From Promethearchaeota archaeon (GTDB taxonomy: Archaea > Asgardarchaeota > Lokiarchaeia > Sigyniarchaeales > SOKP01), in the NCBI GenBank assembly GCA_048941265.1, contig JBHLNT010000001.1:1-64000 (forward strand): a DNA stretch of 64,000 nucleotides, given 5' to 3'. The notes under the pieces were generated by a model. It was not told the origin of the DNA. It worked only from the letters and a program-made list of their open reading frames with translations, and searched no databases. The position numbers were made by a program, and so were the translations under genes. Numbering within the stretch: position 1 is the first letter of the stretch; each line of letters opens with the position of its first letter. Shown piece by piece: positions 47,851-58,354 of this stretch.

Positions 47851-49071
47851 ATGGAAAAAAATTTCCAAAAAAGATATTATTTAATATTTTTCTCTACAAT
47901 TCTTGGACCACTTACAACAAATTCATTAGTTCCAATCTTTGAGGATTTAAGACTTAATTTTGGTTTAAATTCAATTGCTTTAGTTTCGCTAGCAATTTCA
48001 TTTTATATTCTTCCCTTCGCTGTTTTCCAATTATTTGCGGGAACTTTTTCTGATATTGTTGATAAAAAAATTGTTTTAATAATAGGATTTATTATTTTTA
48101 TATTAGGTTTGCTATTAAGTTTAATAGCCGTTTTAATTAAAGTGTTCTATTTATTTCTCTTTGGGTTTTTAATCCAAGGAATTGGTTTTTCTTTTATCAA
48201 TCCTACAATTTTGGCAATATTGAGTATAATTTCTCCTGAAGATAAAAAGGGGATAAATATGGGAATTTATAACTCTTCATCAGGATTAGGTGTAAGTCTA
48301 GGAGCTCTTTTATCTGGATTTCTTGCTAATAATTTTAAGAGCGGTTGGGTTCTATTATTTATAATTAATCCCATCATAGCTTTCTTAGCGTTAATATTAT
48401 TATTAATAGCATTAAAAAAATGCGAACCTCTAATTTGTAGAACTTTTGAGACAACAATAAAACATTCTGCAAATGATAAACCTTCTAAACTCTTTGCTAC
48501 TTTTCAACAATTAAAAGATAATTTAAAGCTACCCATCCTTTTATTAGGTACTGCGGGATTCATCTGCTTTTTTATAGTTATAACATTGACGAATACTTTA
48601 AATGAACAATTACGGATTTCATTATCTGGTTTAAGTGAACAAGAAGTCATTTTTTATGTGAGTTTGATTTTAACAATAAACGGATTGATATCTGTGCTCT
48701 TATCTCCTATAACTGGTTTAATGTTAAAAAAAATTAATCCAAATATAATGCTAGGTATAGGTTTTTTACTTATGTTTACAATGATTTTTATGCCTTATGG
48801 TACTTCCATAACTGATTTTATGGTTATTAGTTTCATAACGTACATTGGTTCAGCATTTGTTTGGCCTGCGTTATTTAAAATTTCGATGAATATAAATCCT
48901 GAGGCAGAGGGTACAAATTCTGCCATAATAAATAGCTTAAGATTCATAGGTTATTCTTTAGTAGGCCCATTTTACTTATTCTTTGGAATTCCTATTATCT
49001 ATTTTTGGGTGATTAGTCTTAATTTTGTAGCAATTATCGTAGTTATCATGTTAAGCAAATTGAAAGTTTAG
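47851..49071 (+). CDS. MFS transporter
   Basis: About 12 hydrophobic segments; motif A-like AGTFSDIVDKK. Confidence 0.9.
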   Translation: MEKNFQKRYYLIFFSTILGPLTTNSLVPIFEDLRLNFGLNSIALVSLAISFYILPFAVFQLFAGTFSDIVDKKIVLIIGFIIFILGLLLSLIAVLIKVFYLFLFGFLIQGIGFSFINPTILAILSIISPEDKKGINMGIYNSSSGLGVSLGALLSGFLANNFKSGWVLLFIINPIIAFLALILLLIALKKCEPLICRTFETTIKHSANDKPSKLFATFQQLKDNLKLPILLLGTAGFICFFIVITLTNTLNEQLRISLSGLSEQEVIFYVSLILTINGLISVLLSPITGLMLKKINPNIMLGIGFLLMFTMIFMPYGTSITDFMVISFITYIGSAFVWPALFKISMNINPEAEGTNSAIINSLRFIGYSLVGPFYLFFGIPIIYFWVISLNFVAIIVVIMLSKLKV

Positions 49072-49078
49072 AAAAAGA

Positions 49079-50506
49079 TTATTTAATTTGGTTTTTACGT
49101 GCTTCTAAAATTTTAGCTCTTTCATTTAGGATATTTCTTACTGTTTTTGAATCCTCTGGATACCATTTCAACGTAAAGAGCCATACCATAATGCCCGGGA
49201 TTATAAATACCAATAACATTAAAATCGTTAATTGGTAATTAGTTCCAGTCATAACTAATAATATTCCTACTATAATTGCTCCCAAGCCCCACCCTATACT
49301 CTCAACCAGTTGATTCCAAGACACTATCTTGCCCTGGGCTTCAGGTAAATTTATTTCTTGTATAAGGGGAGCTTGATTTACCATGAATAAGCTCCCAATC
49401 ACGTTTGATGTAAAAAACAGCATACCCATTACCCAAATTATTGGTAGAGAAAATAAATATGGAATGTCTTGTCCTTCAGATACAGAAAAATGAGGCAACG
49501 GAATAAAAAAGATAGCCACAAAACTTACCATTCCAAAACTTAGCGAGAAGATTATAAAATAAATTCTCCTAATTGGATGTTCTTTGCAAACTTTATCAGA
49601 GAGCCAACCAAAAGCTAATTGCCCGATTAATCCTGCGGTTAATCCAAACACAATCATAAAGACCGCAGTAAATATAGGGGAAAGATTATGAGGAGGAGTT
49701 TGAATATAAGGCAAAATTAACAGAATGGCACTTCCCATTAGAATATTCGAAGAAATACCCTCTACTAGGGCAACTATATTAGTTTTGCTGAACATGGTTT
49801 TTTTCATCATTTCACGATCAATTTGAAAATCATACTTAATATCATCATGTTTAAGAATCTGCATTAATTCTATTTGTTGAGCACCTCTCTTTGGCTCATC
49901 CATATGTATGAAAAAGATGAATCCAGCAAGTACTATTAATACGCCTAAACCCCAAAAATATTCCCTCCAAAAACCATATTGGACAAAAAAGGAAGCTACT
50001 AAAAATCCAAATGTCATAAATAATCCCATCATGAGCCCCATGACGCCAAAAAAACGTGATCTATGGGATTTTGGAACCAGATCATTTGAGAGAGAAGCAA
50101 TTGAGGGCCACGATCCCCCTGCGAATAAAGCAAAAATGAATATAAAAAATAAGAAATAAAGCCATGTCTCAAAACCTTTTCCCTCTTCCGCAAAACCCAA
50201 CATAGCAATGCTAAAACCTCTAAAAATGGAAATCATAAAGAGGATTTTCGTACGACTAAATTTATCGATTAACATTCCAAAAAAAAGACCGCATAAAGAG
50301 GAAACCCAAAATAATACAGTTAACAATATCCCAATTTCTAAGGCATGATAGGGCTCATCTGGCCACATTATAAGAGATAATTGAACAATTAAGATGGTGA
50401 AACCAGCATAGGCCAAAGTTTGAAGACCTCCCAGGAGATAGAGAGACCAAAAAGTTCCATGTATTGAGAATTCTGAATTTGATGTATCAGCAGGTTCCTC
50501 TGGCAT
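49079..50506 (-). CDS. MFS transporter
   Basis: FGMLIDKFSRTK, RSRFFG, GFWREYF, EPKRG; about 12 TM. Confidence 0.9.
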   Translation of the reverse strand: MPEEPADTSNSEFSIHGTFWSLYLLGGLQTLAYAGFTILIVQLSLIMWPDEPYHALEIGILLTVLFWVSSLCGLFFGMLIDKFSRTKILFMISIFRGFSIAMLGFAEEGKGFETWLYFLFFIFIFALFAGGSWPSIASLSNDLVPKSHRSRFFGVMGLMMGLFMTFGFLVASFFVQYGFWREYFWGLGVLIVLAGFIFFIHMDEPKRGAQQIELMQILKHDDIKYDFQIDREMMKKTMFSKTNIVALVEGISSNILMGSAILLILPYIQTPPHNLSPIFTAVFMIVFGLTAGLIGQLAFGWLSDKVCKEHPIRRIYFIIFSLSFGMVSFVAIFFIPLPHFSVSEGQDIPYLFSLPIIWVMGMLFFTSNVIGSLFMVNQAPLIQEINLPEAQGKIVSWNQLVESIGWGLGAIIVGILLVMTGTNYQLTILMLLVFIIPGIMVWLFTLKWYPEDSKTVRNILNERAKILEARKNQIK

Positions 50507-50729
50507 AATTTTTTTATACCATATTATCTTTTTAGTTTTAAACTGTAGAATGAGATTTCAAATTTTAAGATATTGAAAAGTAAATATGAGAATTAACCAT
50601 TATTATAAGATAAGACTTAAGAAAAAAATTTGAGATTTAAAATACGATGTAATTTTTTGATACTTATTTTTATAAACCTTGATCTCGTTTATATTTACAA
50701 TGTCTTATAAATAAATTAAATTTAATAAA

Positions 50730-52133
50730 ATGAGCGTATCTCAAAAACAAAATGTAGGTTCTGATGAATCTAGATATTCTTCTAAAATTCATTTATCATA
50801 TAGCCTTGGGAGCTTTTTCGACACTTTTTACGTGGCAAGTTTTACTGTCCGCGTTATATATTTTTACGAGAATGAACTCTTCTTATCCATTGTATTGATA
50901 GGTACTGCTTTTATTATATATGGTTTTTGGAATATGATCAACGATCCTTTGATTGGGTGGTTTGCAGATAAAGAAACGCGATTTACTAAGCGATGGGGTC
51001 GGAGATTTCCATGGTTTTTTATAGGCGCTATAAGTATAAATTTTGTTTATATTTTTATATATACAGTTCCTGTTAACGATCAATTAGGAATGTTTATATG
51101 GCTGCTGGTAATTATTTGTTTATTTGAATTATGTTATTCTCTTTGGCAAGTTAGTTGGCTTTCTCTCTATCCCGATAAGTTTCGCTCCCAGAAGGAACGA
51201 ACGAAATTAGGAGCATTAACTACCATATTTGGTCAATTAGGGACAGTTATGGGAATTGTGATTCCTCCTTTATTTATCATATATGGAAATGTCGAATCTT
51301 ATATTTTTGCCGCGATAGCAGTAGCTATTATTTCGCTTATAATCGCCTTGCTCATTATTCCAGGTATGCACGAGGATGAAGATATAATCGCACGCGAACT
51401 TAAAAACATCCAAGAACAAAAGAAAGAAGAGGAATCGTACTTACAAATAGTAAAATTCTCTATGAAGGAAAAAAATTTTGTCGCTTATGTTCTATGGTAT
51501 CTTTGCTATTATATGCTTCCCTTATTGATGCTCTCATCACTTTCTTATTGGGTCATTTATATTGTAAAATATAGAAATCCAATGATAGAAACATTATTAG
51601 CGGGGATTTTTATGATAGGTGCCTTAGTATCAGTTCCGTTATGGTTAAAAATGGGGAGAAAGTTTGGTATACGAAAGATTTACATTTATGGGAGTTTGAT
51701 GGCTTCAATTTGCTTTATTCCGCTGATATTCGTTTCTGATCTAACTCTCACTCTTACATTTCTTTTTCTAATTGGATTTTTCTATGGATCTTGTTGGACA
51801 TTATTATATCCCGGATTCTCTGAGGTAATGGATGAGCTTGTGGTCAAAAGTGGAGAACGTAGAGAAGGTGCTTACACAGGAATTAGAACCTTTATTGGAC
51901 GGTTGTCCTTTGTGCTACAAGCGGTCATTTTCTCAATAGTTCATACCACCACAAAATTCGAAGCTGGAGCAGAAACCCAAAAACCATTAGCATTATGGGG
52001 AATACGAATTATCATGGTAATAGCTCCAATGGTATTTCTTTTCATTGGTTTCCTTCTTATGGCAATCTTCTATGATCTTACCCCCGAAAAAGTGAACGCT
52101 AATAAAGCTCTATTGAAAGAAAAGAATTTTTAA
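50730..52133 (+). CDS. MFS transporter, GPH (glycoside-pentoside-hexuronide) family
   Basis: WNMINDPLIGWFADK.TRFTKRWGRRFPW, ERTKL, GERREGAYTG. Confidence 0.9.
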   Translation: MSVSQKQNVGSDESRYSSKIHLSYSLGSFFDTFYVASFTVRVIYFYENELFLSIVLIGTAFIIYGFWNMINDPLIGWFADKETRFTKRWGRRFPWFFIGAISINFVYIFIYTVPVNDQLGMFIWLLVIICLFELCYSLWQVSWLSLYPDKFRSQKERTKLGALTTIFGQLGTVMGIVIPPLFIIYGNVESYIFAAIAVAIISLIIALLIIPGMHEDEDIIARELKNIQEQKKEEESYLQIVKFSMKEKNFVAYVLWYLCYYMLPLLMLSSLSYWVIYIVKYRNPMIETLLAGIFMIGALVSVPLWLKMGRKFGIRKIYIYGSLMASICFIPLIFVSDLTLTLTFLFLIGFFYGSCWTLLYPGFSEVMDELVVKSGERREGAYTGIRTFIGRLSFVLQAVIFSIVHTTTKFEAGAETQKPLALWGIRIIMVIAPMVFLFIGFLLMAIFYDLTPEKVNANKALLKEKNF

Positions 52134-52354
52134 ACCTTTTTTTTATTTTTTTTAAGAATCTTATTTTAACCAGGTAGAGTTATTGAATTATGTTTATTCG
52201 CTTTTAATTAATATCTCCTATGGTTTGGTAAATATACTTTTGAATTTGAATATAAATAAACTATTGCACGCTTTTTTAGAACAAAAATATAAAATTTAAT
52301 ATCATAAATGCCTTAATAAATCAAATATAATAGTGAAGTTAAGGTTTAAAAATC

Positions 52355-53371
52355 CTGAAAAGAGCGCTAATTAGAGCAGATGGAAGTAATAAAATCGGAA
52401 TGGGCCATTTAACAAGGCAAATAGATATTGCAAATGAGTTAAAGAAGCTCAATTATAACATAATATTTCTCTCAAAAAACTATCCAGAAGGAATATTATT
52501 ACTTGAAGAAAGTCAGTTTGAAATTATAAAATTATCAACAGAATACCAAACGATAAATGATTCAATTCAAGAAATAAACGAGGTATTAAATTCCTATAAT
52601 AAAATCTTTGATTTTATCATATTAGATCTTTTTGAAGATTTTGATAATCAAGAATATTTAAACAATTTAAAGCTCTTTTGTAGCAAATTGTTTGTTTTAA
52701 GCGATGAGCCAAAACAGTTCTATATTCAAGTGAATGCTGTTTTCGCTTTTAGCGAAAATCAAGAGTCATTTAACTATAATAATTTGAGAACTAAATACTA
52801 TACTGGTCTAAAATACTTTCCTTTACACTCTAAATTCCAGGAAGTACCAAAGAAAAAAGTCAATAAAAAAGTTAGTAAAGTTCTTATTACTTTTGGTGGA
52901 AGTGATCCTAATAATTTTTCAGGCAAATTGGTAAGTTCCTTAAAGCAACTTGATCTAAATGTAATATATACGCTAATCCTAGGTGCTGGATATTCGAAAG
53001 AGAATTATCATGATATTATGAGGGAAAAATTTGATAATCTCATAATTAAAACGAATATAAAAAATATGAACGAGTATTTAATAGAAACGGATATTTGTAT
53101 TTGCTCAGCAGGAAATACAGTAATAGAAGCATTGGTATGCGGAGTCCCTTGTATTGTCCTTCCTCAAACTAAATTAGAAAGTGAACGCGCTAAAGCTTTA
53201 GAAAAAAAACAATTGATTATTAATAAGGGATTGGAATTTACTACTAAGAGATTAATTACTGTAATTAATAACCTACTTTCTGATTATTCACTAAGGAAAA
53301 AATTGAGCAAAAATGCTCAAAATTATTTAGATGGAAAGGGCATTAAAAGGATTGTAAATATAATTTCTTAA
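52355..53371 (+). CDS. PseG/SpsG-family GT-B protein (nucleotide-sugar hydrolase/glycosyltransferase)
   Basis: ALIRADGSNKIGMGHL (extends upstream of the listed ATG at 52400 to a CTG), LITFGGSDP, ICSAGNT..EAL..GVP, DGKG..RI. Confidence 0.82.
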   Translation: MKRALIRADGSNKIGMGHLTRQIDIANELKKLNYNIIFLSKNYPEGILLLEESQFEIIKLSTEYQTINDSIQEINEVLNSYNKIFDFIILDLFEDFDNQEYLNNLKLFCSKLFVLSDEPKQFYIQVNAVFAFSENQESFNYNNLRTKYYTGLKYFPLHSKFQEVPKKKVNKKVSKVLITFGGSDPNNFSGKLVSSLKQLDLNVIYTLILGAGYSKENYHDIMREKFDNLIIKTNIKNMNEYLIETDICICSAGNTVIEALVCGVPCIVLPQTKLESERAKALEKKQLIINKGLEFTTKRLITVINNLLSDYSLRKKLSKNAQNYLDGKGIKRIVNIIS

Positions 53372-53553
53372 GAGGAAAAAAAGTTTTAAAAGAATGAAGC
53401 TTAAAGTCCAAAATCCTAATGTATTTTATTAAAAATTTTTACATCTTAAGGAGATAATATCTTTAAAATTATTAGACTTCTTGTAATGTTTAAATGTTTA
53501 TTTAATTTAATTAATCAAATATTTGTTTATATAAAACTTAAGATACTAGAATT

Positions 53554-54315
53554 ATGAAAAACGACCAGTTAATAGAAAAACTCCGAAAACGGGAACTTAA
53601 AGCAGTAGTATTTGATTTCGATGGTACAATCTTAGATATTAAGAAACCTCTTGAAAAATCTATTGAAGAAGTCTTTACTGAGAAAGGTATTGCTTCTGAC
53701 TTAGAATCATCTGTACTTGAAATTGGTGCTGTGCTCGAATCTATACAAGGATACCCTATTCCTAAAATTTTACTGCAATCATATGACATTTTCCAACAGA
53801 TAACAACGCTAGAAAAATTAACTTTCTTAAAAAAATTTAGAGTTGCCTTGAAAATTTTCGCTAAATATCAAACTTATTCTAAAGAGGCTGAATTATTCCC
53901 CGGTATAAAACCACTATTAGAATATCTAAATAAAGGTGCAGACCTTTATATTATCTCTCATAATCAAACAAATAGTGTTAGAGAACACCTTCAAAAAGAA
54001 GAAATTGAAAAGTATTTCAAAGGAGTATATGGAGCTGATGAATTGCCTGCATTAAAACCAAGTCCTGATGCCCTTTTACCTGTCATAGAGCAATACAAAA
54101 ATACCAGCAGTAAGAAATTTTTGATCTTAGGTGATATGCCATCTGATATTGAATCTGGTCAAGAAGCAGGAGTTCATACCATTGGAATCGCTAGTGGAAT
54201 CAGTAAGAAGGAGATACTGGAGAATTGTAATCCCGATTTATTATTCGATTCAATTATTGAATTGAATGAATTACTTGGTATAAATAATGGTCGTAGTTCG
54301 GATTCTAAAGTTTAA
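53554..54315 (+). CDS. HAD-superfamily phosphatase
   Basis: VVFDFDGTI, IISHN, KPSP, LGDMPSDIESG. Confidence 0.9.
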   Translation: MKNDQLIEKLRKRELKAVVFDFDGTILDIKKPLEKSIEEVFTEKGIASDLESSVLEIGAVLESIQGYPIPKILLQSYDIFQQITTLEKLTFLKKFRVALKIFAKYQTYSKEAELFPGIKPLLEYLNKGADLYIISHNQTNSVREHLQKEEIEKYFKGVYGADELPALKPSPDALLPVIEQYKNTSSKKFLILGDMPSDIESGQEAGVHTIGIASGISKKEILENCNPDLLFDSIIELNELLGINNGRSSDSKV

Positions 54316-54348
54316 AATTAAAAATTATAAAAAATAAAACATAAAAGG

Positions 54349-56043
54349 TTGATGAATATGGAACTTGAAAAATCAGATATAAAACCAACAAAGAAAGAAA
54401 AAATTGGTAAAGAACAAGTAGATTATGATGTAGTGGAACAAGAACTAGAGCTTAAGTATGAAAAAACGTCTCATGATGCGATGTATAAAGTTTTAAAATA
54501 TAATCCTATCGACTGGTTAAATGATAAGTACCGAAAATTTATTGATATGCATCAATTAACTGAGATTGAGGGTCAATTACAATGGTGGGCTGCATATATT
54601 TACGTTAAGGAAATCCTAAGGTTACTTTTCGATCATAAAGTAGAAAATCCCTATAAGACTTTATTTCCTGAATATGGCCCTGGAATCATCATCTCAAATC
54701 ATGAAAGCCATTTTGATCCATTTTTTATTGGAGCTACATGTCATAGACGTATTCGATGGATGAGTAAAATTGAAAACTTTAAGACACCAATTGTAAGAAC
54801 TTTGTTTACAAATTTAGGTGCTTTTAGACTTGATAGAGATAACCCTGAACCAGGTTGGGAGATGGCAAAAGAAGTGATTGATAATGGAGGATGGGTTGGA
54901 ATCTTTCCAGAAGGCACTCGCACAGAAGATGGGTCTCTTGGTGAATTTCATACTGGTGCGGTAAGGCTAGCAATAGAAAAGAAAGTACCTATTGTTCCGA
55001 CATGTGTAATCGGTTCAAGAGCAGCACTACCGAAAGGCAAATTGGTTTTAAAACCAGCTCGTGTAATTACTCGTGCAGGACTTCCGATTTCCTATGATCA
55101 ATATAACATTGATACTGTATCATATCAAGATATTAGAAGACTTTCAGATGAATTACGACAGGAAGTTATTGATTTAATGGAAGGTAATTACCACATTGAA
55201 GGTGAAGAAAAGGTTCAACAGCTTTCCATAGGGGAACCTAAGGATATGGCAGAAAAGCCAAAAGGTAATCCTGTTATGAAATTCTTTAAAAAACTCTCAG
55301 CACATTTCTTACAATTATGGGATGATTCTTGGTATGCCCTCTTAAAATCTTTAGAAGTCTATGGTTTAAAAGATTACTTTGGATCATTCATATATAATTT
55401 ATCGGGTAATATCGTTCATAGCCTCTGCAACCTTATGCTTCCATATAAAGTCATTGACTACGACAAATATATTCCCAAAAAAGCTGAAACTGGTGCCCTT
55501 ATATGCTCAAATCATAATTCAGAATGGGATGTAATAATACTAGCAACAAGTTTTCAGCAATGGGGTGGTCATTATATCTATCAACAATCAAAAGAATCAC
55601 TCTTTAGATATCCTGTTGTAAACGCTTGGGTAAGGTCTTGTAGAGCATTTCCACTTAAAAGAGGTGAGCACGATGTTGGTTCTTATAATTATGCTTTAGA
55701 ACGCTTAAAAGAGGGAAAATGGATAGTAATCTATCCAGAAGGCACAACTAATACGGGAGGCGGGAAATTATTAGAAGGACACACTGGTGCTATGCGTTTA
55801 GCTATAGAAGCAAAAGTTCCAATTTATTTAGTTGGAATCACTGGAACTGAAGATGTCTATCCAAAACGGGCCAAAATGCTTAATTTCAATAAAGGAGTTA
55901 TATTGAAAGCAGGAGAACCATTTATGGAGCATCAAAATTACTGGGACAAACCTATGCCTAGCTATAGTGAATTAAGGAATCTTACCACAAAAATGATGGC
56001 AAGAATAAAAGACTTGCTTATGTATGACGATAAACGAGCATAA
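54349..56043 (+). CDS. Tandem (two-domain) PlsC-like glycerolipid acyltransferase
   Basis: Domain 1: SNHESHFD, IFPEGTR, KVPIVP. Domain 2: SNHNSEWD, IYPEGT, KVPIYLV. Both retain HxxxxD. Confidence 0.9.
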   Translation: MMNMELEKSDIKPTKKEKIGKEQVDYDVVEQELELKYEKTSHDAMYKVLKYNPIDWLNDKYRKFIDMHQLTEIEGQLQWWAAYIYVKEILRLLFDHKVENPYKTLFPEYGPGIIISNHESHFDPFFIGATCHRRIRWMSKIENFKTPIVRTLFTNLGAFRLDRDNPEPGWEMAKEVIDNGGWVGIFPEGTRTEDGSLGEFHTGAVRLAIEKKVPIVPTCVIGSRAALPKGKLVLKPARVITRAGLPISYDQYNIDTVSYQDIRRLSDELRQEVIDLMEGNYHIEGEEKVQQLSIGEPKDMAEKPKGNPVMKFFKKLSAHFLQLWDDSWYALLKSLEVYGLKDYFGSFIYNLSGNIVHSLCNLMLPYKVIDYDKYIPKKAETGALICSNHNSEWDVIILATSFQQWGGHYIYQQSKESLFRYPVVNAWVRSCRAFPLKRGEHDVGSYNYALERLKEGKWIVIYPEGTTNTGGGKLLEGHTGAMRLAIEAKVPIYLVGITGTEDVYPKRAKMLNFNKGVILKAGEPFMEHQNYWDKPMPSYSELRNLTTKMMARIKDLLMYDDKRA

Positions 56044-56062
56044 GAAGCGAGAGGTTTAACTG

Positions 56063-57142
56063 GTGGAAGCGACGGAAAAATCGTCAGGTACAAAAATCAA
56101 GGTTGGTATACCTAGAGCACTTCATTTTTATAGGTACTTTCCTTTTTGGAAAAAACTTCTTGAAGAATTAGATGTGGAAATTATATTAACACCTAACACT
56201 AACAAGAAGATTGTAGAGGAAGGTGTAACTCATGGGTTTGGTGAGTTATGTATACCTGTAAAAATTTATTATGGACATGTAATGAAATTAATACGGGAAC
56301 ATCCCGATTTAGATTTCTTATTTGTACCTCGATATGTTTCAGAAGTAAAAGAAGCATACTTTTGTCCTAAATTTCTGTCGTTACCAGATGTCATAAAAAT
56401 TTTGCCGAACGCTCCAAAACTTTTGACTTTTGAAGTTAATATAAAAGAATTTCCAATTGCCACAGCAGCCGCTGAACTTGCTAAACAATTAGGAAAAAGC
56501 CAATCTAAAGGATTAGATGCATATAAGAAAGCGCAAGAATATTTTGATGAGTATCATAAATTTTTAAGGGAAGGTGCCCCTGTCAATCATGCACTACGAT
56601 TAGTAGAATATAACCGTCCTTTCACTTTGCCAAAAAAGAAACGTAAGGGCGATATTAAGTTCTTGTTATTAGGACATGCATATAATATTTTTGACACATT
56701 TATTAATCTAGATTTTCAAAAAAAATTACAAGATCAAAATGTTGAGGTTTTAACTATTGAAAATCTGCCAGAATCAATATTCAAGGTACCAGTTATCGTG
56801 AATAGGCGTTTGAGAAACTATTGGAGACATGAGGAGGAAATCATGCAATCAATTAGGTACTTTATGACGAAAGGACGAAAAGAAATCGATGGAGTGGTTT
56901 TTCTTATTAGTTTTGCTTGTGGACCCGACAGTCTCATTTCCGAGTTAATAATGAGAGATATGAAAGTCGTAGGGCTTCCATTTTTAGAGATAATAATGGA
57001 TGAACATTCTGGTGAGGCGGGTTTGCTTACAAGAGTTGAAAGTTTCGTAGAGATGGTAAGAAGGAAGAAGCAAAAACTCTCAGAATTAGAAAACAAGCAA
57101 AAACTTGGAGTTTTAGAAGAGATTGATACTTCATTTGCCTAG
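56063..57142 (+). CDS. DUF2229 / acyl-CoA dehydratase activase-related protein (PlsA reductase-domain-like)
   Basis: KVGIPRAL, ELCIPVKIYYGH, YFCPK, LLGHAYN..D, SFACGPDS, DEHSGEAGLLTRVESF. Confidence 0.85.
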   Translation: MEATEKSSGTKIKVGIPRALHFYRYFPFWKKLLEELDVEIILTPNTNKKIVEEGVTHGFGELCIPVKIYYGHVMKLIREHPDLDFLFVPRYVSEVKEAYFCPKFLSLPDVIKILPNAPKLLTFEVNIKEFPIATAAAELAKQLGKSQSKGLDAYKKAQEYFDEYHKFLREGAPVNHALRLVEYNRPFTLPKKKRKGDIKFLLLGHAYNIFDTFINLDFQKKLQDQNVEVLTIENLPESIFKVPVIVNRRLRNYWRHEEEIMQSIRYFMTKGRKEIDGVVFLISFACGPDSLISELIMRDMKVVGLPFLEIIMDEHSGEAGLLTRVESFVEMVRRKKQKLSELENKQKLGVLEEIDTSFA

Positions 57143-57155
57143 GAGGTATTAAAAA

Positions 57156-58340
57156 ATGTTAATTTCCTTTCCAAATATGGGCCCAAACTGGGTAGCATTC
57201 AAATCTTTATTCGAGTCTTTGGATTTAGATGTCATCGTACCTGACCCCACAAACCGAGAAGCGATTAAAGTAGGTGTTAAATATAGCCCAGAATTCGTAT
57301 GTTTCCCATTTAAGGCCACCCTCGGAGATTTTAAAAATGCATTGGATAAAGGTGCTGATACTCTCGTGATGGCAATTGATTGCGGACCATGTCGCTTTGG
57401 CTTCTATGCTTCTGTTCAAGAGAGACTTTTGAGGGATATGGGTTATGATGATTTTACATTAATTCCCTTAGATCAAGCAGACTTACTCAATTTTAAATGG
57501 GTAAAAGCTCTTGAAGAAATTTCAGGAATGCAAGGTTTAGTTAAATATCCTAAATTTGTAAAGGCTGTCATCATATTTTTAAAAAAAGCTAAATTGTTAG
57601 ATGATATTCAGACTGCAGAAGGTCTTTTCAGGGCTTATGAACGGAATCAAGGAGATACTACTCGTACTGTAAAAAATTTATTAAATTATCTTGATCAAAC
57701 CAATTCCATTTCTGAATTACGTAAATTTCGAAAGGTAATTTTAGATTTATTTAGTCGGATTGATATTGATAAAAATATTAGTCCTTTGAGAGTAGGGCTT
57801 TCAGGTGAGATTCATATAAGTTTAGAACCATATGTTAATCTAGATATTCGGAGAAAATTGGGTGAAATGGCGGTTGAGATCCATCAATCTCTAAGTCTAT
57901 ATGATTGGGTAGTCCATAAATTTCACTTAAATTATCACAGAAAATGGCTTGAACATCTTGCCCGACCGCATGTACCGATGGATATAGGCGGAGAATGTGT
58001 CTGGGTATTAGGAGAATATATAGATAAAGGCAAGGCATCCTTCGATGGCTTCGTTCATGAATATCCGTTTACGTGCATGCCGGAAGTTGTAGCCCGGACG
58101 ATTATTACTAATAAGCTTAAGAAAATATATGATTTACCGGTATTATTTTTCTCCTTCGATGAACAGAGTGGTCTTGAGGGATTTCGTACCCGTCTTGAAG
58201 CGTTTTGCGACCTCATGCATTCCCGACGTGATCAAGAAATAAAAAATAATCCCGAATTTTCGGCAATAGGAAAGAAGATTTATCCACATTTTGGAAATCA
58301 TTTTTATGATGAATGTTATCAAATAATTAAAGCTTCATAG
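57156..58340 (+). CDS. 2-hydroxyacyl-CoA dehydratase-related Fe-S subunit (PlsR-like)
   Basis: SPEFVCFPFK, GPCRFGFY, VGLSGEI, PFTCMPE, DEQSG..GFRTRLEAF; GGAGGT SD upstream. Confidence 0.8.
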   Translation: MLISFPNMGPNWVAFKSLFESLDLDVIVPDPTNREAIKVGVKYSPEFVCFPFKATLGDFKNALDKGADTLVMAIDCGPCRFGFYASVQERLLRDMGYDDFTLIPLDQADLLNFKWVKALEEISGMQGLVKYPKFVKAVIIFLKKAKLLDDIQTAEGLFRAYERNQGDTTRTVKNLLNYLDQTNSISELRKFRKVILDLFSRIDIDKNISPLRVGLSGEIHISLEPYVNLDIRRKLGEMAVEIHQSLSLYDWVVHKFHLNYHRKWLEHLARPHVPMDIGGECVWVLGEYIDKGKASFDGFVHEYPFTCMPEVVARTIITNKLKKIYDLPVLFFSFDEQSGLEGFRTRLEAFCDLMHSRRDQEIKNNPEFSAIGKKIYPHFGNHFYDECYQIIKAS

Positions 58341-58354
58341 AGGATATATGGAAG

